A stretch of 64,000 nucleotides of DNA from contig JAUYHD010000004.1 in NCBI GenBank assembly GCA_030690215.1, positions 31,090 through 95,089 on the forward strand, written 5' to 3'. Origin of the DNA: a bacterium (lineage in GTDB: Bacteria; Patescibacteriota; Minisyncoccia; 1-14-0-10-42-19). This document shows, piece after piece, positions 31,877-41,677 of the stretch. Every line of letters starts with the position of its first letter. The stretch's first letter is position 1. A program made the translations under genes and the position numbers. The notes under the pieces were generated by a model that worked only from the letters and a program-made list of their open reading frames with translations, ran no database searches and was not told where the DNA came from.

Positions 31877-32012
31877 TTTTGCCCCGCACCAGAAAGCCCC
31901 GAACGCAAGCTTGAGAGATGACCAGTATAAAACGCGCTTTCGGTGTGGGGTTTCGCGCAACAAAAGATCGAAAGAACTGATGCTACGAGCGTAAGCTTGA
32001 GGAGCGCTTCAC
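31877..32012. repeat. Repeat family C, copy 1 (a structured element of about 135 bp: ccccgcaccagaaagc...gctttcggtgtgggg plus internal cgNaagcttgag direct repeats)
   Basis: A second copy is at 44599..44889, interrupted by an insertion of about 160 bp. Confidence 0.5.
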
Positions 32013-32117
32013 ATAATAGCTTATAAAAACGATCAACGGAGTATCAGCCAACAAAGTCCATGTTTTAATGGACATATCAGACATTATAAAAGACAATAAA
32101 TCTATCGGACAAAGAGA

Positions 32118-33320
32118 CTACGCACTATTTCTTGTGTCTTTTATGCCTATGACACGAAGTGTTTCTTCTACGGTAGTAACCCCGCGCGAAACTTTTTTCA
32201 TCATTGCGTCCCATAAACTCTTTGACCCCTTCTGTCGGAGAATGGTTCCTAATTGAGAAATGTTTTTCCCCTCCATGATATACGATTTTATATCTTCATC
32301 AAAAGCAACTACCTCAAAAACGCCCTCTCTGCCCAGATATCCGCTGTTCTCGCATGCGTTGCACCCCCTTCCTTTCTTCAAGGAAATCCCGGAAAACGAA
32401 TCTCCAAAAATACGCTTCTCAAAGTCGTTCAATACATAGGGCTCTTTGCATTTCTCGCATATTTTTCTCACCAGCCTTCCTGATACAACACCTATAAGAA
32501 CGTGGGAGATGACAGAACGAGGTATCCCCATCTCCAGAAACCGAATTATAATCCCAGGAACATCAAATGTATGAAATGTAGAAAACACGAGAATGCCCGA
32601 AAGAGCAGCCTGAAAAGACAACTGCACCGTCTCTGTATCCCGCAGTTCTCCAAGCATTATAACATCAGGATCTTGGCGTAATACAGCTCGGAGCGCTTTT
32701 GGAAATGTCACCCCTATACTTTCTTTTACTTGAAGCTGTCTGATAGTGTCCATTTGAAACTCTATAGGGTCTTCAATAGTCACTATATTATTCCTAGGAG
32801 TATTTATTGCTTTGAGAATAGAATATAAAAGGGTTGTTTTCCCCGCCCCGGTCGGTCCCGTAATTAAACTCATGCCATACGGGAAAACAATCATTCTTTT
32901 TACATCTTCTATCTGGTCAAATTCAAAACCTAAACCTACCAAATCCATCATGGCGTCCTTTCTGTCCAAAAGACGCAGCACAACCGCCTCTCCAAATGTT
33001 GTGGGGAACGTTGAGACGCGGAGATTATAGATTTTCCCCCCCTCGCCATATATCTCAAAATGGCCGTCTTGCGGAAAACGTTTTTCCATTATTTCCATGC
33101 CCGCAAGAACTTTAATGCGCGAAACAATCTCGTCCTTCCCGTCTTTCTCAAACACCTCTGCCGGATGCAAAAAACCGTCTATGCGAAAACGGACGCCGAA
33201 AGAATCTCGCGCCGGCTCAAAATGAATATCGCTTGCGCGAAGCGTAATTGCTCGCCGTAATAATGAGTCAACAAGATCGGTTACGTTTTTATATTGGCTT
33301 CCTTTTGGTTCTTCGGCCAT
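32118..33320 (-). CDS. Type II/IV secretion system ATPase (GspE/PilB family)
   Basis: Walker A ITGPTGAGKTT. Also the Asp box, Walker B and His box (...DPDVIMLGELRD...FSTFHT...) and a tetracysteine motif CEKCK...CNACE. Confidence 0.85.
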   Translation of the reverse strand: MAEEPKGSQYKNVTDLVDSLLRRAITLRASDIHFEPARDSFGVRFRIDGFLHPAEVFEKDGKDEIVSRIKVLAGMEIMEKRFPQDGHFEIYGEGGKIYNLRVSTFPTTFGEAVVLRLLDRKDAMMDLVGLGFEFDQIEDVKRMIVFPYGMSLITGPTGAGKTTLLYSILKAINTPRNNIVTIEDPIEFQMDTIRQLQVKESIGVTFPKALRAVLRQDPDVIMLGELRDTETVQLSFQAALSGILVFSTFHTFDVPGIIIRFLEMGIPRSVISHVLIGVVSGRLVRKICEKCKEPYVLNDFEKRIFGDSFSGISLKKGRGCNACENSGYLGREGVFEVVAFDEDIKSYIMEGKNISQLGTILRQKGSKSLWDAMMKKVSRGVTTVEETLRVIGIKDTRNSA

Positions 33321-33360
33321 GTATGTAGTATATCACCCTCCCCGCTCTCATACACTAACA

Positions 33361-34023
33361 CTAACTGGGCGCGTGATTTTTTATTTTTCTACGAAGCGCG
33401 TATAAACTCGCCCCGGTGATACCCAGCATAAGCCCCAACACAACAATAAAATAAAATGGATTGCCCGATATAAATGCATCGCTTAGATACACAAGGGTTG
33501 TCGCGGCGAATATTTCATAGAGCAATGTTGCAACGAGATATTTTGCAAAATGATACCGTACCATGCCTAACGCGTATCCTCCAATTTCTGAAGGAATCGC
33601 AAACCGAAAAAGCAAAACGAGCCCAAATTCGGCTTTCCCGGAAATCCGGTGTCTATAATAATTAATATGCTGCATTGTCTTTGTGCGAGAAAAAAATGGC
33701 GCGCCAAATATCCCGCCAATGGCATACACGCCCATACCCCCAATAAGCCACCCGCATACAAGCAACACAATTGTAAATGTTTCACCCCACACCGGAATAA
33801 CTAACGGCACCAACGGGGCGCTTGAAAACGGCGAGATGACAACAGCAACCACCGCAAGCCCGATAAACACCAACACTGCCAACACAGGGCTTTTTTCAAT
33901 ATGCTCCCCCACAAATCCCTGGGCTATCGCGAATACATCCTGTAAAAAGCCCGAAGACCAAAACAAAACCCCAATACAGAGAAGTAATAACGCTACCAAT
34001 ACGTGCTTTTTCTCAAAAATCAT
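33361..34023 (-). CDS. DedA/VTT-domain-like membrane protein
   Basis: A 220-aa polytopic membrane protein. ...RFAIPSEIGGYALGMVRY... resembles the DedA core. Tentative. Confidence 0.45.
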   Translation of the reverse strand: MIFEKKHVLVALLLLCIGVLFWSSGFLQDVFAIAQGFVGEHIEKSPVLAVLVFIGLAVVAVVISPFSSAPLVPLVIPVWGETFTIVLLVCGWLIGGMGVYAIGGIFGAPFFSRTKTMQHINYYRHRISGKAEFGLVLLFRFAIPSEIGGYALGMVRYHFAKYLVATLLYEIFAATTLVYLSDAFISGNPFYFIVVLGLMLGITGASLYALRRKIKNHAPS

Positions 34024-34156
34024 AAAAAATAGTAGACATGCTTAATTGGAAAATAGATCTGGCCATATGCCCCAAGACCCTAAAAAGCCCTCGAGAAACT
34101 TGACTTTATTCTCATAATAGTATACAATAACCCGCATATAAAAGCAGGTCAAGTTC

Positions 34157-37100
34157 TTGCGTAGTGTTCTCCGCATATTACAATCTAATTTTATCAATTA
34201 CATGCGTACTATTACTAAAAATATGAGATATGTTATGTTTTTTGCAGGTTTTATGGGAATAGCTGTGTTTTTGGCGTTTTCGCCATCAACGAGCCATGCG
34301 ATCAGCTTTCCTTCATGCTCTCTTTCCCCCCAGCAAGATAGGATTATTGTTCAGTTCAACCCTATCACAAAACTCTGGGCAAATGAGCAATACAAAATGG
34401 GGGGGCCGTTTTCGGCATCAATTCCCGCGGGAGAATACAAAATAACAGCAATGTCCTTTGACGACCACTTGGAACGGTCACATCAAAACCAGCCGAATGA
34501 GCAGTGGTTTATGATTCTTAAGAACAACAACAGCACTGTTGCTCAAACGGGTTCTACGAATGATTTGCCGGACAACGCGGATGTGCGCGTAGACGTTGTA
34601 AATATCTCACTCGTTATACCGCAATCGGTTACATCAATCATCACGTTTCATACGATGTACCCCAACAGCAATCCAAACAGTATTTACCCAATATGCGCCG
34701 CATTTGATAGGATACACCAGCCGGAACCCCCTACCGTAGATATTAAAGCAAACGGAAGTGATGGACCGATTACTATCGGATTCAACTCAAGCGCAACAGT
34801 AAGCTGGACATCGTCTAATGCATCAAGCTGTACTGCGTCAGGCGCATGGTCAGGATCAAAAAGCCTTTCAGGTTCTCAATCAACCGGAAATCTTACCGGA
34901 TCAAAAACATACACCATAACATGTACGGGATCCGACGGCAGTGACTCTGATAGCGTAACAATAAACGTACAACCACCCGCATCTCCAACAGTAGACATTA
35001 AAGCAAACGGAAGTGATGGCCCTGTAACAATCGGATTTAATTCCAGCTCAAATCTTACCTGGACCTCTTCTGACGCATCAAGCTGTACCGCGTCAGGAGC
35101 ATGGTCAGGATCAAAAAGCCTTTCAGGTTCTCAATCAACCGGAAATCTTACCGGGTCAAAAACATACGTTATAACATGTACGGGACAGGGTGGAAGCGAT
35201 TCGGATAGCGTGACGGTGACTGTGCAGTCGCAAAATCTTCCGACAGTAGACATCACCGCAACCCCATCATCAATCATACAGGGGGATACGTCATCGTTGG
35301 GATGGACATCCTCAAACGCAGATTCATGTTTCGCAACAAACGGATGGAGCGGAACAAAATCGCTTTCAGGCAATCAAGCAGTTTCGCCGCAAAACACCGC
35401 AACCTACACAATCACCTGTTCTAATGGTGCAGGCCAGGCATCAGACAGCGTAACAATTACCGTAAGCGTACCTCAATCGCTTCCGACAGTTGCTATTTCC
35501 GCAAACCCAAATCAGGTAGCGCAGGGAAACCCAAGCGTCCTTACATGGACATCTGCAAATGCAGACACATGCACCGCATCAGGTGCATCCGACTGGAATG
35601 GTTCGCGCAATATATTCGGAAATCAGGTAGTCTCTCTTTTTAATACAACAACCTACACGATTACCTGCTCCAACAGCACAGGACAAGCATCAGACAGCGT
35701 AACTGTTTCGGTCCAATCAATCACCCCCTCTGCCGACATTAAAGCGAATGGGAGCGACACATCTATCACTATTTCGCCCAACAGTTCAGCGACTATCAGC
35801 TGGACATCAAGCAATGCCGCAAGCTGTTCTATTTCACCTACCGGCTGGTTTGGGACATCGGGATCGCAATCAACGAGTAATCTCACCAACTCAATTACAT
35901 ACACAATAAATTGTAGCGGAGTGACAGGAGGCACGGCATCAGACAGTGTAACTGTGAACATCCAAGACAACCTCCCAACGGTGGATATTTCCGCGAATCC
36001 GGGATTTATAACCCAAGGAAATTCAACGGTGCTCACCTGGACTTCTTCAAACGCAGATTCATGTTTTGCAACAAACGGATGGAGCGGAACAAAATCGCTT
36101 TCCGGGAACCAATCAACATTCCTCACGCAGACAACCACATATACAATCACTTGTTACAATAACGCGGGGCAAGCAACAGACAGCGTAACTGTTTCGGTAC
36201 AAGCAATAACGCCTACGGTAGATATTACCGCCGCCCCTATAACAATAAACCGCGGCGAAAGCACTGTGCTTGTATGGAGCTCCGCAAACGCGGACTCATG
36301 TTTTGCAACAAACGGATGGAGCGGTTCTAAATCGCGCTCAGGATCAGAAGTAACGGCACCGCAATTTGATACCACATACACAGTCACCTGTGCTAAAGGA
36401 GGACAAAGCGTTTCGGATTCAGTTACGGTTTTTGTAAACGCGAACCAACCACCCATTACAGGAACATTCAATGTTGCCTGTTCCGTAAGCAGCCCGACAA
36501 TTACCCTAGGCGACAGCGTTTCTTTTGTCGCAGGGTATGCCGGAGGTGTTGCCCCCGTTACATTTCAGTGGAGCGGAGATGTCACCGGATTTACGCAAAG
36601 CCGTGTCACAAACTTTAGCACAACAGGAACAAAATTTGCGACAGTAACGGTAACCGACGCGCAGGGACGAAACAATTCCGCAAACTGTTCTGTACAGGTA
36701 GTCCCCGCGACGGTGGTAAGTGCTGCGCCTCCGCAACCTCCGACAGTTATCACAGCGACAACGAACACGCAACCGACGTCTTGTTGCTGTTGCAATGGAG
36801 TGCCAACGCAAATCCAATATGACTCAAATGGAAATCCAATTACCGTTGCGTCAGATACTCAAGACCGGTCAATGCTCGCTTCATTATTCACTACGCAAAG
36901 CGGAAATCCATCAACGCTCTTATACATGCTCTTGTTCCTATTGATTGTTCTCGCGATTATCGCCATGGTTCGCTATCTCTTCGTAGATAAGCCGGTAAGA
37001 CGGTACGAATATGGATATCGTCAAGAACAATATCCATACGAACGAAAGGGGTATGGATACCAAAACGGGAACTCCAACGGATATGCAAACGGATATGCCA

Positions 37101-37219
37101 GCGACGACGAACGATTCGAACCAAAAAAGCGCCAGCCCCAGCCATACAACGAAAACGAACGGTTTGAGCCGAAACGAAACGGATACCCGCGTCCTACATA
37201 TACCGAACAGTCCCGCTAA
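34157..37219 (+). CDS. Giant cell-surface protein: signal peptide, about nine tandem Ig-like repeats of about 100 aa, and a C-terminal TM anchor with a Tyr/Gly/Asn-rich cytoplasmic tail
   Basis: A 1020-aa ORF. The unit PTVDIKANGSDGPITIGFNSSATVSWTSSNASSCTASGAWSGSKSLSGSQSTGNLTGSKTYTITCTG..SDSDSVT is repeated with variation (DNA repeats at about 34740-36470). There is a CCCC motif just before the TM helix LLYMLLFLLIVLAIIAMV. Confidence 0.8.
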   Translation: MRSVLRILQSNFINYMRTITKNMRYVMFFAGFMGIAVFLAFSPSTSHAISFPSCSLSPQQDRIIVQFNPITKLWANEQYKMGGPFSASIPAGEYKITAMSFDDHLERSHQNQPNEQWFMILKNNNSTVAQTGSTNDLPDNADVRVDVVNISLVIPQSVTSIITFHTMYPNSNPNSIYPICAAFDRIHQPEPPTVDIKANGSDGPITIGFNSSATVSWTSSNASSCTASGAWSGSKSLSGSQSTGNLTGSKTYTITCTGSDGSDSDSVTINVQPPASPTVDIKANGSDGPVTIGFNSSSNLTWTSSDASSCTASGAWSGSKSLSGSQSTGNLTGSKTYVITCTGQGGSDSDSVTVTVQSQNLPTVDITATPSSIIQGDTSSLGWTSSNADSCFATNGWSGTKSLSGNQAVSPQNTATYTITCSNGAGQASDSVTITVSVPQSLPTVAISANPNQVAQGNPSVLTWTSANADTCTASGASDWNGSRNIFGNQVVSLFNTTTYTITCSNSTGQASDSVTVSVQSITPSADIKANGSDTSITISPNSSATISWTSSNAASCSISPTGWFGTSGSQSTSNLTNSITYTINCSGVTGGTASDSVTVNIQDNLPTVDISANPGFITQGNSTVLTWTSSNADSCFATNGWSGTKSLSGNQSTFLTQTTTYTITCYNNAGQATDSVTVSVQAITPTVDITAAPITINRGESTVLVWSSANADSCFATNGWSGSKSRSGSEVTAPQFDTTYTVTCAKGGQSVSDSVTVFVNANQPPITGTFNVACSVSSPTITLGDSVSFVAGYAGGVAPVTFQWSGDVTGFTQSRVTNFSTTGTKFATVTVTDAQGRNNSANCSVQVVPATVVSAAPPQPPTVITATTNTQPTSCCCCNGVPTQIQYDSNGNPITVASDTQDRSMLASLFTTQSGNPSTLLYMLLFLLIVLAIIAMVRYLFVDKPVRRYEYGYRQEQYPYERKGYGYQNGNSNGYANGYASDDERFEPKKRQPQPYNENERFEPKRNGYPRPTYTEQSR

Positions 37220-37282
37220 TCGCGACTCTCTTAAATGAAATCACCACACTCTCGAGTGTGGTGATTTTGTGTAAAAAAGAAA

Positions 37283-37543
37283 TTACAAACCTTCGCCGAA
37301 TTTTTTCTCAAATCGTTCTCTCACCCCTTCTTTGTCTTTCTTGGTAAGATAAGGATCTTTGTCCAAACTTTTCAAAATGCTTTTCGCCTCTTTTTTATCA
37401 ATACCTTTTTGCGCGCCCTCTTCATGCAGCGCCTGATTCGTGTATGCCCTCACCCTGTCTCGCTTAGATTTATTCATGCCTTCTCCCATCAAGGGAGACA
37501 TTATCTTTTTTTGAAACTCTGATTCGTGCATTTTTTCCCCCAT
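37283..37543 (-). CDS. Hypothetical small Lys/Glu-rich protein (86 aa)
   Basis: ORF only. Confidence 0.35.
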   Translation of the reverse strand: MGEKMHESEFQKKIMSPLMGEGMNKSKRDRVRAYTNQALHEEGAQKGIDKKEAKSILKSLDKDPYLTKKDKEGVRERFEKKFGEGL

Positions 37544-37634
37544 AAAATAAGAAAGTTAATTTAATAATAATTATATACAGCAACCTCTTTTTAGAATAAC
37601 ATAAGTATGTTTTAATAAAAATAACGACCTGTAT

Positions 37635-38105
37635 GTGCCAGGAGGCAGACCATTGAAAGAACCGCGCACAAAGAAGAAGGGGTGCCGCAAAACAAAGCGT
37701 GAGCGGCAAGAGCAAAAAAAGAGACTCCAACGAAACAGAGAACAGCAAGAAATATATGATGCGTCGCGCGAAGCGAACCGAACATTTAAAAAATACGGCG
37801 ATTATGCTGAATGGATAGTGGGGCGCGCGCTTGCAACGCTGCAAGAAGAAAAACGCATCGCCTGGTACAAAAAAAATGACAGAGAAGGCATTGATTACGA
37901 TATCGGTCTTACCGAAACAACAACCGTATACCTCCAGGTAAAAAGCAGCGAAAAAAGCTGCAAAGACCACCAAAAAAAACACCGGGATATCCCGTGCGTA
38001 TCATCAGACCGAAGAACCAGAAAAAAAGACGAAGATAACGAAGCACTGCAAAAACGCCTCGTGAAAGAGGCAAAAAAAGACATCGTCCGCATTTTCAAAC
38101 TCTAA
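37635..38105 (+). CDS. Hypothetical highly basic protein. The likely true start is the TTG at 37653, which follows a ccaggagg RBS.
   Basis: ORF with an SD-like sequence. Lys/Arg-rich N- and C-termini. Confidence 0.4.
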   Translation: MPGGRPLKEPRTKKKGCRKTKRERQEQKKRLQRNREQQEIYDASREANRTFKKYGDYAEWIVGRALATLQEEKRIAWYKKNDREGIDYDIGLTETTTVYLQVKSSEKSCKDHQKKHRDIPCVSSDRRTRKKDEDNEALQKRLVKEAKKDIVRIFKL

Positions 38106-38146
38106 AAAAATACCGTCCTCGGCATAACCGGGACGGTTTTTTGTTT

Positions 38147-39310
38147 CTATTCAGAAAGAAAGCGGGCAAGAACGGTTTTCTGCATCTCGGAACTTCCCTC
38201 ATACAATGTGGAATTAAGAATGCCAATCGTGCGCTCAACTGCCGTCAGGTCATTCGTTATACAAGAACCGCCAAACACCCTGCATGCGCGCACCGCAACA
38301 TCAAGCGCACGCTCCGTTGCAACTAATTTTGTGACAGAAGCAGGAATAGTAATCCGCTTGCCGGCTTTTTTCATGCGCATCGCAATGCGCGACGCTTCAT
38401 CAATCGCCGCCCACGAAGATAACAATTCCGCATACCACGCAGCAAATGAAAATTGAAGCGCTTGATTTTCCCATATTTTTTTCCCGAACTGTTCTCGGTC
38501 TTTTGCTTCCTCTAACGCTTCATCAAAAATAGAAGCAGCCATTCCTATCGCCTGCGCCGCTATATTAATACGCCCATTATCAAGCGTCGCCATCGCAATA
38601 GAAAATCCCTTATGGATTCCCCCCAACAAAGAATCTTCCAGCATGCTTACATTATCAAAAAACACGCTACAAAAATCAGACGATTTTAAACTGCGCTTCT
38701 CTGTTTTCTTCACAACCAAAGATCCGCTCTGTTTTGCCTCTTGGAGGTCAACAATAAATGCGGAAATATCGTGCTTGCCTTCTCCGGTACGCGCAAACAC
38801 AATCCCAACAGAAGCAAGTAGGGCATTTGTTATAAATCTTTTTTCACCCTTGAGCACCCACCCACCGTCTTTTTTGGTCGCGCGAGTTTCGAGAGAAGCC
38901 GCATCCGATCCTGCGCCTGGCTCAGTAAGCATAAAACAGCCGAATATATCTCCGGAAGCAATACGCGGAAGATATTTCTTCTTTTGGGCTCGGGTACCCG
39001 CATAGATAATGGGAAAGGCGGCAAGCGAAGAATTTGCCGTCCAAATCAGATGAAGACCGCCGGAAATATAGGCAAGTTCGCGGGCGATTACAGACAACTG
39101 CCGCATGGAACACCCTGCCCCGCCGTACCGCTTCGGTATCGAACACCCGAACAAAAATATCTTTGCCATTTCTTGAACCATTTTTGTCGGGAAAGAAGCA
39201 TTCTTATCGCATTCAAGGATTTCTTCATGCATATCTTTCCCCATCTTTCTGATAACTTCTATGAATCCTAGCGTTACATCATCATATCGATATGCATCAA
39301 ACCATTCCAT
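38147..39310 (-). CDS. Acyl-CoA dehydrogenase
   Basis: A 387-aa ORF. It has ...FMLTEPGAGSDA..., GxKxFITN, and the catalytic-Glu block STLYEGSSEMQKTVLARFL (YEGT/S-E-I/M-Q). Confidence 0.85.
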   Translation of the reverse strand: MEWFDAYRYDDVTLGFIEVIRKMGKDMHEEILECDKNASFPTKMVQEMAKIFLFGCSIPKRYGGAGCSMRQLSVIARELAYISGGLHLIWTANSSLAAFPIIYAGTRAQKKKYLPRIASGDIFGCFMLTEPGAGSDAASLETRATKKDGGWVLKGEKRFITNALLASVGIVFARTGEGKHDISAFIVDLQEAKQSGSLVVKKTEKRSLKSSDFCSVFFDNVSMLEDSLLGGIHKGFSIAMATLDNGRINIAAQAIGMAASIFDEALEEAKDREQFGKKIWENQALQFSFAAWYAELLSSWAAIDEASRIAMRMKKAGKRITIPASVTKLVATERALDVAVRACRVFGGSCITNDLTAVERTIGILNSTLYEGSSEMQKTVLARFLSE

Positions 39311-39424
39311 TGTGCGTTCTCCTTCTCGTTTTCAAATCTGTGCATACGGTAACACGCTTTATCAAAAAAGAAAAGCGTTCCGATTGACCGAAACGCCCTT
39401 ATACTATCTTCATTATTTCAAAAA

Positions 39425-39547
39425 TCAATTGTGCATCATCGCCCCGACGGCAAAAAGGATAAGAGCTGCTAATAATGCCTTCCCTGCGATACGCAGCACA
39501 TCCGCTTCGGTCATATTCTCCACAATTTCGTTTACTTTTTTGAACAT
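39425..39547 (-). CDS. Candidate 40-aa single-pass membrane peptide (MFKKVNEIVENMTEADVLRIAGKALLAALILFAVGAMMHN)
   Basis: A strong RBS (ggaggtagg) lies 5 nt upstream of the ATG. Below the ORF-track size cutoff. Confidence 0.35.
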   Translation of the reverse strand: MFKKVNEIVENMTEADVLRIAGKALLAALILFAVGAMMHN

Positions 39548-39621
39548 ACCTACCTCCTTTTTTTATTAGATTATATATGATTTTTTCTGAATACGCAACC
39601 CGTCTGGCGTATTCACGCCTT

Positions 39622-39659
39622 AAAACATTCTAACATTCTGCAGAATGTTAGAATGTTTT
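39622..39659. promoter_or_regulatory. 38-bp perfect palindrome 'aaaacattctaacattct gc agaatgttagaatgtttt' (candidate bidirectional terminator or operator)
   Basis: Seen directly. A related split inverted repeat is at 57036..57094. Confidence 0.6.
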
Positions 39660-39694
39660 AATCCCACCCTCCATGACAACGTTTATTATTTTTT

Positions 39695-40474
39695 CTATTG
39701 GCGCAAGCCGTATCCTTTCCGAAAAAGAATATAGACCGCAAAACTCAAAAAAATAATGAGAGAAAAAATAATACCAAAACCCAAAAGAGCGCTTGCTTCA
39801 TGCACGCCAATCATGGAGTAACGGACTCCATCTATAAAATAGAAAAAGGGGTTGAGGCGTACAACGGTTTGCAGAAATGGCGGGAGCATGGTGATAGAAT
39901 TAAAAACCCCGCCCAAAAAGCTTAATGGCGTAATCACAAAAACCGTCCAGATGTTAAGGTGCTCAAAATTATCGGCCCATACCGATACCAAAAGCCCCAG
40001 CAGAGAAAAGACAACGGAAACAGAAAGAAGATAAAAAATAAATAACCCGAAATGCGCTATATTCGCCGCGTTAAAAAACACGGCAATCAAAAAAACGCCA
40101 AGCCCCACCAAAACGCCCCGCGCAATGCCGCTCACCACACATCCGATAATCATTTCAACGTGGGAAAAGGGGGTGATAAGAATTTCTTCAATACTTCGGG
40201 TAAACCGCTGGATATAGAGCGAGAATGATGTCTGGGAAAACGCCGACGAAATAACGCTCATCATAAGAATGCCGGGTAATACAAAATCTATGTAGGGCGC
40301 ACCTGCAATCGTATCTATTCTGCCCCCGACAATAAAACCAAAAACAAAAATATATAACAGCGCTGAAATCCACGGAGCAAGAAGCGCTTGGACTGCGACG
40401 CGAAAAAAGCGCTCAACTTCGCGCCACACGAGCATATACATGCCGACCCAATTAACGCGCATGCGGTGTTTCAT
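39695..40474 (-). CDS. ABC-2 type transporter permease
   Basis: A 259-aa ORF with six TM segments, overlapping the upstream ATPase gene by 23 nt. Confidence 0.8.
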   Translation of the reverse strand: MKHRMRVNWVGMYMLVWREVERFFRVAVQALLAPWISALLYIFVFGFIVGGRIDTIAGAPYIDFVLPGILMMSVISSAFSQTSFSLYIQRFTRSIEEILITPFSHVEMIIGCVVSGIARGVLVGLGVFLIAVFFNAANIAHFGLFIFYLLSVSVVFSLLGLLVSVWADNFEHLNIWTVFVITPLSFLGGVFNSITMLPPFLQTVVRLNPFFYFIDGVRYSMIGVHEASALLGFGIIFSLIIFLSFAVYILFRKGYGLRQ

Positions 40475-41198
40475 CGTGATGATTGGTTAATTCAAGATAT
40501 TTTTCTTCCAATGTTTTCCCGCCATCAAGAAAATCTTTCTTGTCCCCTATCGCGATTATTTTTCCTCCATGAATAATTCCGATGCGGCCGCATAATTTTT
40601 CTACCTCCTCCAAATAATGCGAGGTGAGCAAAATAGTTTTTCCGGCTTCATTTAAATCTTTTAAATACCGCCATATCTCCCGGCGGAGCTCTACATCAAC
40701 GCCCGCCGTAGGTTCATCTAAAATAAGCAATTTTGGATCATGCACCAAAGCGCGGCCCATCATAACACGGCGCTTAAGCCCGCCTGAAAGCGTTCGGAAC
40801 TGTTTTTCGGCATGTTCTTGCAATTCAAATGTATGAATGATGTGGGCGACTCTTTTTTTGCGTTCATCGGCGCGAAGCCCATAATACCCCGCCATATATT
40901 CAAAAATGTGGCGGACTTTCATAAATGGATCAACTGTGAATTCCTGCGGCGAAAGGCCTATCTGCATGCGCGCTTCCCGATACTGCGTCCGTACATCATA
41001 TCCGAATACTGAAATCTCCCCCTCTTCAAAACGCGCAATGCCCGTGACGCACTGAATGGTGGTTGTTTTGCCCGCGCCATTCGGCCCTAAAAAGCCGAAA
41101 AATTCGCCTTCTTGTATAGACAAAGAAACATCTTCCACAGCGCGAATATGCTTATAGTGTTTCTTTAAATTGCGAATACTAAGCGCGTCTTGTTTCAT
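40452..41198 (-). CDS. ABC transporter ATP-binding protein
   Basis: Walker A GPNGAGKTT, signature LSGGLKRR, Walker B LLILDEPT. Confidence 0.9.
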   Translation of the reverse strand: MKQDALSIRNLKKHYKHIRAVEDVSLSIQEGEFFGFLGPNGAGKTTTIQCVTGIARFEEGEISVFGYDVRTQYREARMQIGLSPQEFTVDPFMKVRHIFEYMAGYYGLRADERKKRVAHIIHTFELQEHAEKQFRTLSGGLKRRVMMGRALVHDPKLLILDEPTAGVDVELRREIWRYLKDLNEAGKTILLTSHYLEEVEKLCGRIGIIHGGKIIAIGDKKDFLDGGKTLEEKYLELTNHHDETPHAR

Positions 41199-41204
41199 AC
41201 CCCG

Positions 41205-41620
41205 TTAAAAATTTCCAATTTTAAATTTCAAATTTTTCCGCCAGAGGCGGATCTGCCTCAGGCAGATAATCAATGCTGTAATAAATTAATTCCTAAAAAA
41301 TAAGGTCGTTTTATTCATTAAAAAATTAAAAATTGAATAAAAATTAAAAATTAATAATTAAAAATTAAACACTACTGATACTATTTCGTATTACCCCGTA
41401 AGACGTAAAGGTTTTGCTTTTCCGCCGAAGACGGATCTGCCTCAGGCACGACTAACGGGGCATACCCCGTTAGGCACTATCGCATGGTAAGCCATGCGTT
41501 CGCCGTTTATTATTCGTATCATAGGATTCGTTTTTCATTTATATATATATGGGGTGTATACCAATGACTTACAAGAACGCATTATGCGAGAGTGCCATAC
41601 GGGGCATATCCAAATATACT
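41205..41620. repeat. Cluster of dispersed-repeat copies (two family-A hairpins 'ccgccagaggcggatctgcctcaggca', family-B 'cccgtaagacgtaaaggttttgcttt...ccatacgggg', and AT-rich 'aattaaaaatt' runs)
   Basis: The sequence is identical to segments at 6955-6998, 25560-25830 and 24078-24125. Confidence 0.7.
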
Positions 41621-41677
41621 ATCAAAAAAAGAACAGCCCGTAGAGGGCTGTTCTTATATGTAAAAATATCCGCGTAA

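Noticed and set aside
35131-37145. Minus-strand ORFs (35131..35373, 35653..36150, 36154..36471, 36506..36817, 36957..37145) inside the giant repeat protein gene
   Set aside because: They are antisense to a strongly supported 1020-aa frame. The repetitive, low-stop-codon sequence generates them by chance.
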